Part shown: positions 55,790 through 64,000 of the stretch, one piece after another
Layout: every line of letters starts with the position of its first letter
Position numbering within the stretch: position 1 is the first letter of the stretch
DNA from: Candidatus Zixiibacteriota bacterium
GTDB lineage: Bacteria; Zixibacteria; MSB-5A5; UBA10806; 4484-95
Assembly (NCBI GenBank): GCA_037441845.1
Contig: JBBIRK010000003.1
Coordinates: 256,001 to 320,000, forward strand
Reading direction: 5' to 3'
DNA length: 64,000 nucleotides
Program-made: the position numbers and the translations under genes
The notes under the pieces: generated by a model
What the model was told of the DNA's origin: nothing
What the model saw: only the letters and a program-made list of their open reading frames with translations
Database searches by the model: none

Positions 55790-57966
55790 TGATTTTGGGC
55801 GCGTATATGATCTCGCTGGCTGCTGCGGCCGGAATCCTGTCGTTTTATGGATATTTTCGGGTTGCCCGCGGCAATATGGTTTATGTTCTGGCGGCGCGCT
55901 GGTCTTATTACGTGATGACCATACTTATCTTGATAAGCGCCGCGTTGCTTGTAGGCTATTTGATAGGTGACCGATTCGACTTCGCCTATGTCTCGAGTTA
56001 TTCCTCGATTTCGCTTCCGATCAATTTCAAAATATCCTCGCTTTGGGCCGGGCAGGAAGGTTCCTTTTTGCTCTGGATGGTGATGGCTGTTCTTCTCGGG
56101 CTTTGGGTGAAAAGGAAAGCGGCAGATCAGGTCGGCTGGGTAATGTTTTTCTTTTTGATAGCACTCGGATTCTTGATGACCCTGCTGTTGATCTCTTCGC
56201 CTTTCAAAATCCAGCATCCGGTCCCTGCCGACGGCCGCGGCTTAAATCCGCTGCTGCAAAATTATTGGATGCAGATTCATCCGCCGATCGTGTTTCTCGG
56301 CTTTGCTTCGACTTTCATTCCATTCGCATTTGCTATGGCGGCGCTGGTGAGCCGAAAATACGATAATTGGGTTAAGCTCACTTTTCCCTGGGCTATTCTT
56401 TCGGTATGCACGTTAGGCGCCGGCACTTTTTTGGGTGGATATTGGGCTTACGAAACGTTGGGCTGGGGTGGTTATTGGGCCTGGGATCCGGTTGAAAACG
56501 CCATTCTGGTTCCCTGGTTGGGGAGTATCGCCTTGGTGCACGGCATGGTTCTCGAGCGGACTCGCGGGACATTCCGCAAAATCAACTTGTTCTTGGCGAT
56601 CACCGCCTTCTTGATGACTATTTACGGAACATTCTTGACTCGCTCCGGCGTGCTGGCCGATTTTTCGGTTCATTCGTTCGTTGACCTTGGATATACCGCA
56701 TATCTCGTCCTATTCTTGCTCGGTTTCACCGTCGTTTCATACGGATTACTGTTATTCAGAGCTAAAACGATACCCGCATCGCAGCCCGCCAAATCGCCCT
56801 TGAGCCGGGAATTCGCGGTTTATCTTGGCATGCTGTTCATAATCGTATCGGGATTTCTGGTGCTTATCGGGATGTCGGCGCCTCTATTGACCCGCATTTG
56901 GGGTGACCCATCGGCGGTGGCTATCGACTATTATATCAAGACTAATCTGCCGATCGGCATCATTATCGGGATCGCTATCGGAATGGCGCCGCTGCTCGGT
57001 TGGCGTTCGGCGACCTGGCAGTCTATCAGAGTTCGTTTTATTTGGTCGGTCGTAGGTGCTTTGGTGTCGGTGCTTGTGGGCGCTGTCTTGGCGATCAGGA
57101 ATCCCGCTTATCTGGCATTTCTTTTCACCAGCGCTTTCGCCTTAATGACAAACAGCTGGCAGTTAATAGATCAATTACGCAAGGGTAATCGATCCATTCA
57201 AGCCGATTTGGTCCATGTCGGGGTGGCGTTAATGTTTATCGGGGTAATTGCTTCATCCGCTTATTCGTCGCAACGCAAAATCAGCATCGAGCAGGGTTCG
57301 GAAGCCGATGCTTTCGGTTTTGCGGTCAAATTCCATGGCGCCGACCAACTGTCTCCGGAAAAAACCAGGGCTAATCTTACGGTCGATGGAGGTTCATCGA
57401 TTTTCGCCGCCACTCCCGTGTTTCTGCAAAGCAATCAGGGACTGGTCCGTAATCCTTTCATAAAAAAATTCCTGTTTTATGACTTGTATATTTCGCCCGA
57501 GGAAATCAAATCGGCGGCTGCGAATCAAGACAACGCCCTAATCCTGGCCAAGGGCGAGACCGGCAATATCGGAGGACTTAAAGTAACCTTCAATCGTTTC
57601 GATGTCGGCACGCATATGGAAGGTGGGATGATGCAGATCGGGGCCGACCTCATGGTGGAGACCGCCGACGGTAAGAAGCAAACGCTGGTTCCCAAATTTA
57701 TCGCCTCTGGCGAAAATCCCGGATATATTCCCGCGGCCATAGAGGGCGATAGCCGCCGGATTTACTTGCTTAAAATCAGCGCCGATCAGGGGCTGATCAT
57801 GATCGGCTTGACCGACAAGGAGAGCGCCGCCGAATTCGAAGACAAGTTGACGATCGTGCTTGACGTGGGGATAAAGCCGCTCATCAATTTTGTTTGGCTC
57901 GGTTTGATCTTGATTGTTGTGGGTGCAGGGTGGTCGACCGTAAGACGAATCCGAGAGATCAGATGA
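55786..57966 (+). CDS. ccmF: Heme lyase CcmF
   Basis: WAGQEGS, GLNPLLQN.WM.IHPP, WGGYWAWDPVEN, TRSG....SVHSF, KPLINFVW.G. Confidence 0.95.
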   Translation: MMILGAYMISLAAAAGILSFYGYFRVARGNMVYVLAARWSYYVMTILILISAALLVGYLIGDRFDFAYVSSYSSISLPINFKISSLWAGQEGSFLLWMVMAVLLGLWVKRKAADQVGWVMFFFLIALGFLMTLLLISSPFKIQHPVPADGRGLNPLLQNYWMQIHPPIVFLGFASTFIPFAFAMAALVSRKYDNWVKLTFPWAILSVCTLGAGTFLGGYWAYETLGWGGYWAWDPVENAILVPWLGSIALVHGMVLERTRGTFRKINLFLAITAFLMTIYGTFLTRSGVLADFSVHSFVDLGYTAYLVLFLLGFTVVSYGLLLFRAKTIPASQPAKSPLSREFAVYLGMLFIIVSGFLVLIGMSAPLLTRIWGDPSAVAIDYYIKTNLPIGIIIGIAIGMAPLLGWRSATWQSIRVRFIWSVVGALVSVLVGAVLAIRNPAYLAFLFTSAFALMTNSWQLIDQLRKGNRSIQADLVHVGVALMFIGVIASSAYSSQRKISIEQGSEADAFGFAVKFHGADQLSPEKTRANLTVDGGSSIFAATPVFLQSNQGLVRNPFIKKFLFYDLYISPEEIKSAAANQDNALILAKGETGNIGGLKVTFNRFDVGTHMEGGMMQIGADLMVETADGKKQTLVPKFIASGENPGYIPAAIEGDSRRIYLLKISADQGLIMIGLTDKESAAEFEDKLTIVLDVGIKPLINFVWLGLILIVVGAGWSTVRRIREIR

Positions 57967-57990
57967 AGCGGAGGATCGAGCTGTCGCCGA

Positions 57991-59703
57991 TCAGCGATCG
58001 CCTAATGAAATATCCCCCAAATCGGTTTCCCAGCGCGACCTTATAATTATGCTGTCCGGATATTGGAATAGCGGTTCGGCGAAATGAAATGGATCGTGTC
58101 TGCCCGCATTATAGCGGCCGTCACCGTCGACATCTTCCAAAATCGTCATCCGATATGTCCCCGGGTATAACCCCCCTAAAATGAACCGGCCGTCCGGTCC
58201 GCAGGTGGCTGATATGGTGTCCGGGGTCTTATCCGCCAGTCGAACGATATACTTGTAATCTCGATTTCCGCCGATCACTCTACCGCTTAGCTCGCCGAAA
58301 GTGTCTGCAGGGGCCACAATATATTTGAAAGAAATAAGCGAATCCCCCATGGAGTTGCCTGACGGATCTATTATCTTGCTTTGATCTATTTTCAAAGTGT
58401 TGGGCCGCCCGGGAACGAAAGAGGGTTGCAAGACCGCCTTGTTCATGCTTTGCCAGCGGCTGATATGGGTTATGGCAATTCCGGCGGAATCGACGAAAAA
58501 CAAGGCATCGAATGCGGCGGCGGTGTCTATCGCCTCGGAAAACAGTAATTCGAAAACGGTATTCGATTTAATCGCCTTGGCCGATTGTCCGGGTTTGATT
58601 AAGTTGATTTTCGGGCGGATCGTATCGATCGATCCGGCGGTGAATCTTTGGGTCAATGATTCTGCGATTGTTTTCGAACTGGACAGCAAATTTCTGCAGT
58701 CGATCCTATAATTCTGATTCGGAATCAGGTGAAGCCCGCCGAGGTGAATGATTTTATGCGCATCATCTACGAAGATGGAATAATCGGGGATGATCCCGGG
58801 GGCCTGATCGCCGACCGATGCAATTTTGAAATTCGCGGTGTTCAGTGCCGACTCCTCATCCAACCTGCTTGAAAATTCCAATTCGATTTTCGTGGAATCG
58901 AGGGGGGCAATTTTGCTTATTTGCGGCGGAAGCGTATCCCTTTCGACCAGAGTAAGTCGAATTGGCGGCGATAAGCTCGTATCCGTGCCGATTAGCGCGA
59001 TTTTCGAGGGGATCGCAAGCTTTTCCGAGGGCGGTGACCAGAATTGATTCTTGTTTTTATCGTTCACCGCAACCACCAAATACTCGCCCGGGCTGACATA
59101 ATCGAAACGAAACTCGCCGAGGCTGTCGGCCTGGGTGATATAATCCGGCAATCGCCTGAAAAATTTCTCGTCGCTTGAGCCGAGCGAGTAAGCCCAGATA
59201 TCAATGACTTCGCCTGAGGCTCCGCCTATAATACTACCTCTGATGACTCCTTTATTTATTTCAGGGCCGGTTGAAAAGGGGAAAGAGATCGATTTTCCGA
59301 GGGCGTTTCCCCGTATGTCCTTGGCCGATGAACCTATGGTGATAACGTAGGTCGTGTTCCGGCGCAAGGTTTCCGGCATGACTATTTCGAGCTTTTTGCC
59401 GTGCCATTTGAATGTAGGATAATCGAATGGCAGGGGGGAAACGAAAACCACTTTCTCCGTCAACTCATGGTTCATCTCCTTGCTGAAAATCACATTGATT
59501 GCGGCATTTTGCGGAACATTGGCAGTCCCCTCGGACGGGCTGACCGCCAAGATTTGCGGCGGCTTTTTATCCTCTGGGCCGCCTGGAGGAGCCTCGATTT
59601 GGGCGCAGCGCACGGTAAAAATCACCGAAAATATCGGCAAAGCCCAGAAATAGAATTTGAAAAACCTTCGTGATAATGAACCGTTCTGTCTCACGGAATT
59701 CAT
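57991..59703 (-). CDS. Lipoprotein with bacterial Ig-like (Big_5-type) domains
   Basis: Signal ending TVRC, CA....P.GGP.D..PP, repeated D..PP.I / I.FSE, G.F.F..L.PG.Y, D.D.DG.Y. Confidence 0.8.
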   Translation of the reverse strand: MNSVRQNGSLSRRFFKFYFWALPIFSVIFTVRCAQIEAPPGGPEDKKPPQILAVSPSEGTANVPQNAAINVIFSKEMNHELTEKVVFVSPLPFDYPTFKWHGKKLEIVMPETLRRNTTYVITIGSSAKDIRGNALGKSISFPFSTGPEINKGVIRGSIIGGASGEVIDIWAYSLGSSDEKFFRRLPDYITQADSLGEFRFDYVSPGEYLVVAVNDKNKNQFWSPPSEKLAIPSKIALIGTDTSLSPPIRLTLVERDTLPPQISKIAPLDSTKIELEFSSRLDEESALNTANFKIASVGDQAPGIIPDYSIFVDDAHKIIHLGGLHLIPNQNYRIDCRNLLSSSKTIAESLTQRFTAGSIDTIRPKINLIKPGQSAKAIKSNTVFELLFSEAIDTAAAFDALFFVDSAGIAITHISRWQSMNKAVLQPSFVPGRPNTLKIDQSKIIDPSGNSMGDSLISFKYIVAPADTFGELSGRVIGGNRDYKYIVRLADKTPDTISATCGPDGRFILGGLYPGTYRMTILEDVDGDGRYNAGRHDPFHFAEPLFQYPDSIIIRSRWETDLGDISLGDR

Positions 59704-59760
59704 GATTTGAGCGAGAGCAACATCAATTTGCCGGCTGCCGGCGGTGATCCTCGGTGTTCG

Positions 59761-61476
59761 CTACTTCTTCAGCTTGTTTCTGATTGTTTCATTGTTCGGG
59801 TTCAATTCGAGTGCACGTTGCCAACTTTCCCTGGCTTTTTCCGAATTGTTCAATGCGGCGTATATATCGCCGAGATGATCGAACAACTCAGCCTCGTCGC
59901 TTTCGGACTCGATCGCCCTTTGTTGATACTCGAGGGCTTTCTTGAACTTGCCCATTTTATACATTACCCAGGCATAACTGTCAAGATACGCCCCCATATT
60001 CGGCCTTATTCCCAGTGCCTTTTTAATAAGCGACTCCGCTTCTTTCAATTTCACTCCCCGGTCGGCGAACATGAAACCGAGATAATTAAGGGCAGCGTCA
60101 TGATCAGGGGAGAGCTTCAACAACTTGCGAAACTCCGTTTCCGCCTCGTCGTATCTGCCGGTTCTTTCATAGGCGGCGCCCAGACTGAACATAGCGGCTT
60201 GGTTGGTGGGATCCGCATCTAAAATCCTGCGATAGTAATCGACGGCTTCGGCGAAACGCTGATTTTGACTCAGAATCGCGCCCTTATAAAATATGAATCG
60301 TAATGACTCATCCGGCGATGCTTGAATGGCCGTATCGAGTGTCGCCAACGCCCATTCGATCTCCTGCATTTGATTGCGAACCTGAGCCAGCCCGAGCCAT
60401 GCTTCTATTAGTGTATCATCCAGCGACAAAGTGGCTTTGAACAGGGATTCGGCCCGAACGAAGTTGGAATCGTATTGTGCGACCCGGGCCATGTAATAAG
60501 TAAGGATTGGGTCATCAGCGACTTTAGTCGCCAGATTCCCCATAATCGAATCGGATTCAGCGAAATCACCTTTCGAAAAAAGCATGAGCGCCAACCGGCG
60601 GGCGGTAAGATAATCGTCGGGGAAAAGCTCGGTAATCCGTCTGGTCAAATTGATCGCCCCTTCGATATTGCCCAGCCGTATCAAACTCTGGCTGATTATC
60701 GACAGCAACTGGACTTGATCCCAACGCAAGGATGCCAACGCCATGTATATGCTGTCGGCCCGAGCGGTATCACCTCGCATCTCGTATATTGCGGCAAGTC
60801 CGAGATAACCGCGGTCATCATCGGGGAAACTGGCGATATGCTGCCTAAAAATATGTACGGCTTTATCCAGCTGACCGGTTTCCATATAGAACGAGGCCAA
60901 ATCATACCACCATCGTGAGGAGGTCGTGTCTTCTCCGATATACCGCCGAAAATAAATTTCGGCTTTGTCGAATTCCCTCTTTTTGGCATAATGCGAACTT
61001 AAATATCGATTGGCATCCCTGTCCAACGGATCGATTTTCGCGATGGTCTTGAAAATTTCGAGTGCGGATTTACGATTCCCGCTGCGTTCGTGGCAAACGG
61101 CCAGCAGCCTCATATCATCGATCGTCTGCGAATTTATCTTGGCCGCCACATCGATAGCCTCGTCGAATCTATTCAACCGATAATAGACGCTTGCCAGCGA
61201 TCTCTTGATCTCATCAGCAGTCGGATCATAAACGAGCGCCAATCGGTATTCGTCGGCCGCCTTTTCGAAGTTGCCGATTTTTTCGAAGATGTCGCCTTTG
61301 GTGAAATGATCCACTGCATAGCCACGGGATATTAGATCCTTATTCGTTTCCGAACCGCCGGTTTCGATGGTCCTGTTTCGCGCGGCGCCGGCGCAGGAAA
61401 TGCCGAATAATATACTTCCGACGAAAAATGCGGCGGTTACCGTTTCAAGATATGTTTTAGACGAACTCAGTCTCAT
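59761..61476 (-). CDS. TPR-repeat protein, probable lipoprotein
   Basis: Hydrophobic leader ending GISC; ALNYLGFM.A, AYLDSYAWV, DHLGDIY; start at ATG overlapping the upstream TGA. Confidence 0.85.
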   Translation of the reverse strand: MRLSSSKTYLETVTAAFFVGSILFGISCAGAARNRTIETGGSETNKDLISRGYAVDHFTKGDIFEKIGNFEKAADEYRLALVYDPTADEIKRSLASVYYRLNRFDEAIDVAAKINSQTIDDMRLLAVCHERSGNRKSALEIFKTIAKIDPLDRDANRYLSSHYAKKREFDKAEIYFRRYIGEDTTSSRWWYDLASFYMETGQLDKAVHIFRQHIASFPDDDRGYLGLAAIYEMRGDTARADSIYMALASLRWDQVQLLSIISQSLIRLGNIEGAINLTRRITELFPDDYLTARRLALMLFSKGDFAESDSIMGNLATKVADDPILTYYMARVAQYDSNFVRAESLFKATLSLDDTLIEAWLGLAQVRNQMQEIEWALATLDTAIQASPDESLRFIFYKGAILSQNQRFAEAVDYYRRILDADPTNQAAMFSLGAAYERTGRYDEAETEFRKLLKLSPDHDAALNYLGFMFADRGVKLKEAESLIKKALGIRPNMGAYLDSYAWVMYKMGKFKKALEYQQRAIESESDEAELFDHLGDIYAALNNSEKARESWQRALELNPNNETIRNKLKK

Positions 61477-62363
61477 AAGTTGACGATTACCCATTCTATG
61501 TTATTCATATCGGCGCAGCCGGCGTTTGCTTTGCCTGCGGTCTGAATATGAATCGGCTCTCTGCCTGCATCTTTTAACAACGGCAGTCCCGCTTTTGTTC
61601 TGAGCCTATCGACGATTGCATGTGCGATCGTGTCCGCCGCGACAGCGTCTAAAGATAATAGCACCGAACCGTAAGTAGCGCTCCAACGTTCTATGAACCC
61701 AGGACCCCCGTTATACTGGATCCTGCTGGCGTCGATTATCGCCAGCCGCTGTTTGCCTTTGACCAAGTCCATTTCATAGAGGTCGGCCAGATATGGATCG
61801 CACAGGTTGTCATGATATTTATTGGGATTATGAATCACGCCGTAGTAGTTTTTCAAACATCCCGAAAGCCCGGCCAGCGAGTGATCCTTGAGCACCGCGA
61901 AATTGACGGCAGCCGATATCATCTTGGCCTGTATTCGCGAAAACATGGAACCGATGCTTTTATTAACCGAAAGTTTGCTATCGAATCCTACCCCTGAGGT
62001 ATCGGTCGCCATACATCTAATATCCGACCCCGTCGTCTTAATATCGAATCCAGCCCGCTTGAGTTCGGCCTCTCGGCGATCCCAGATTATGATGTTTCCT
62101 TTCTTAATCCCCCTTGCCGCTATAGTCTCCGCCAGAGCCATCGTCAATGCCGGAGAGGTTGACATCTGCCTGCCGGCAAGAGCGTTCACCTTGATTCCTA
62201 CGATGTCGGAAGGTTCGAAAATGTTTTCGAGGAGGTCCCAGCCGACTCCGGTTGGGCTTAAATTGTCCAGGCCGGCGGCGATCATTTTCCTGGCTTCGTC
62301 GAGCCTTATCGGCTGGTTTCCGATGGCACTCGAGTGAATCTCGACCACTTTTATTTTAGGCAT
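61473..62363 (-). CDS. DUF362 domain protein
   Basis: VGIKVN, IIIWDR, VLKDH..AG.SG.LKNYYG, D.VAAD. Confidence 0.8.
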   Translation of the reverse strand: MPKIKVVEIHSSAIGNQPIRLDEARKMIAAGLDNLSPTGVGWDLLENIFEPSDIVGIKVNALAGRQMSTSPALTMALAETIAARGIKKGNIIIWDRREAELKRAGFDIKTTGSDIRCMATDTSGVGFDSKLSVNKSIGSMFSRIQAKMISAAVNFAVLKDHSLAGLSGCLKNYYGVIHNPNKYHDNLCDPYLADLYEMDLVKGKQRLAIIDASRIQYNGGPGFIERWSATYGSVLLSLDAVAADTIAHAIVDRLRTKAGLPLLKDAGREPIHIQTAGKANAGCADMNNIEWVIVNL

Positions 62364-62508
62364 AGGGGAATATTAGTTACGAAAAAAGGAATTGTCAATT
62401 CGGGTTTCTTGCGGGTTAAATGCGGCCCGCCTATTGCAAAAATTCGATTGAAAACAAGAAATCCGCTGCCAAGAGCATTATGGGTGAAATAACTTTCCCC
62501 AACATTCC

Positions 62509-62537
62509 TTGACCGCCACCGATATAATAAATATATT
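62509..62537 (+). promoter_or_regulatory. Sigma70-type promoter for the tRNA pair
   Basis: TTGACC-N17-TATATT. Confidence 0.6.
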
Positions 62538-62552
62538 CCGGTCAAATAATCG

Positions 62553-62627
62553 CGGGGTGTAGCGCAGCCTGGTCAGCGCGCTTGCTTTGGGAGCAAGATG
62601 TCGGAGGTTCAAATCCTCTCACCCCGA
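62553..62627 (+). tRNA. tRNA-Pro(TGG)
   Basis: CGGGGTG/CACCCCG acceptor, anticodon arm CTTGC-TTTGGGA-GCAAG, GGTTCAAATCC. Confidence 0.96.
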
Positions 62628-62634
62628 TCGCCGA

Positions 62635-62708
<74 letters not shown>

Positions 62709-62851
62709 TTATTTCATAGATTTCGCTCTCTATGACATCGCCATCGATTTTACTCAAGGTTTTTATCAAATCCGCATAAATTCGCTTGAAAAATAATTTG
62801 GGCTATTCTATATAGTGCTCATATGAGCAGATATCACGCGGAGTGCAACCG

Positions 62852-64000
62852 ATGAATCTTGTTCTTGCTCTGGATTATTTCCGCCAAAATCCAGACCTGG
62901 CTCGCAATATCAAATGTTGGAAAACTTTCCCACCGGAGCCCGGCAAATACGAGGAGTTCCCCGCCTCTGTCGACGGGCGGATCATCGATACTTTGAAAGC
63001 CAGGGGGATCGCATGCTTGTATTCTCATCAAAAACAGGCCATTTATCAAGCCCAGCTCGGCCGCGATTTCGTGGTGGTCACTCCCACCGCATCGGGAAAA
63101 TCACTCTGTTACAATCTGCCGGTTCTCAACACGCTGCTCCGCGAAGATGCAGAGGCCAGAGCCTTGTATCTGTTTCCCACGAAGGCCTTGTCGTCGGACC
63201 AAGTCGATGAATTGCATGATCTGGTGCAAACGCTCGGCGTGGATATCAAGACATATACTTTCGATGGCGACACTCCGGCCAGCGCCAGATCGGCGATACG
63301 AAAAGCCGGTCACATAGTCGTGACCAACCCGGATATGCTTCACTCGGGCATATTGCCTCATCATACTTTGTGGATTAAGTTGTTCGAAAAACTGCGCTAT
63401 GTGGTTATCGATGAGATACATCACTATCGTGGCGTGTTCGGTTCGCATTTGGCCAATGTTCTGCGGCGGCTCTGGCGGCTGTGTGAATTTTACGGCTCCC
63501 GGCCACAGGTAATTTGTTGCTCGGCGACTATCGGAAATCCCGGAGAGCTTGCCCAGGCTGTCGCCGGCCGCAATGTAGAAGTGATTGATGAAAGCGGCGC
63601 GCCGACTGGGGAAAGGCATTTCGTGCTTTATAATCCGCCGGTGGTCAATGCCCAACTGGGGATCCGCAAATCGGTAATAAAGGAGGCGGCCAGGCTGGCT
63701 TCGTTTTTCATCACAAACGGCATCCAGACCATCGTATTCGCCCGCAGCCGAGTCAATGTGGAGGTTTTGACCGGCTATATAAAGGAGGAATTGAAAAAAA
63801 ACAAAAAATCGCCCGAGCTCGTCAAAGGATATCGCGGCGGCTATCTGCCCAATGAACGGAGGGCGATTGAGCATGGTCTCAGGGAGCGGTCGATTTTAGG
63901 CGTGGTTTCTACGAACGCCCTTGAACTCGGTATCGATATCGGCGGCCTGGACGTTTCGATAATGGCCGGATATCCAGGGGCGATATCGTCCTCGTGGCAG
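62852..64000 (+). CDS. DEAD/DEAH-box helicase, MrfA/YprA (Hrq1-like) family; 3'-truncated, absent from ORF track
   Basis: Own translation: LYSHQ, TPTASGKSLCYNLP, LFPTKAL..DQ, TNPDMLH, IDEIHHYRGVFGSH, SATIGNP, YRGGY, STNALELGIDIG. Confidence 0.92.
   Translation, partial: MNLVLALDYFRQNPDLARNIKCWKTFPPEPGKYEEFPASVDGRIIDTLKARGIACLYSHQKQAIYQAQLGRDFVVVTPTASGKSLCYNLPVLNTLLREDAEARALYLFPTKALSSDQVDELHDLVQTLGVDIKTYTFDGDTPASARSAIRKAGHIVVTNPDMLHSGILPHHTLWIKLFEKLRYVVIDEIHHYRGVFGSHLANVLRRLWRLCEFYGSRPQVICCSATIGNPGELAQAVAGRNVEVIDESGAPTGERHFVLYNPPVVNAQLGIRKSVIKEAARLASFFITNGIQTIVFARSRVNVEVLTGYIKEELKKNKKSPELVKGYRGGYLPNERRAIEHGLRERSILGVVSTNALELGIDIGGLDVSIMAGYPGAISSSWQ

Noticed and set aside
63101..63874. 257-aa minus-strand ORF at the window end
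   Set aside because: Antisense to the unlisted + strand helicase, which shows all expected SF2 motifs

Overview
A 64-kb stretch of bacterial chromosome (about 50% GC, densely coding, almost all on the + strand until about 58 kb). 1-6.3 kb: a signal-transduction operon made largely of degenerate parts (atypical receiver, GAF + His-less DHp protein, GAF kinase with an eroded ATP-binding domain, mini chemoreceptor-like hairpin, three intact single-domain receivers, FapA). 6.6-32.6 kb: a late flagellar cluster, flgFGAHI, flgJ fused to a lytic transglycosylase, flgN-flgK-csrA-flgL-fliW, a putative flagellin glycosylation island, a 751-aa flagellin, flaG-fliD-fliS-fliT-like, a FlgM-like protein with two tandem sigma-binding motifs and an HDOD protein. 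Sigma54/IHF, sigma28 and CsrA sites are readable in this cluster. 32.9-45.7 kb: core genes, tRNA-Val, thrS-infC-rpmI-rplT-pheST-zapB-like-zapA-rny-ymdB-folD-xseA-merR, tRNA-Pro. 45.7-64 kb: queuosine-precursor transporter, FabL-like reductase, M14 peptidase with a dockerin-like tail, two cyclophilins, rseP, lepB, a CxxxY-type cytochrome c maturation operon (ccmABCDEF), three minus-strand genes, tRNA-Pro/tRNA-Arg and a truncated MrfA/YprA-type helicase. P/L rings indicate a diderm cell. The dockerin-tailed peptidase is suggestive of Zixibacteria or a related FCB-group lineage (inference only). No mobile elements, rRNA or CRISPR arrays were seen. All family calls come from motif recognition by eye; no database search was run.
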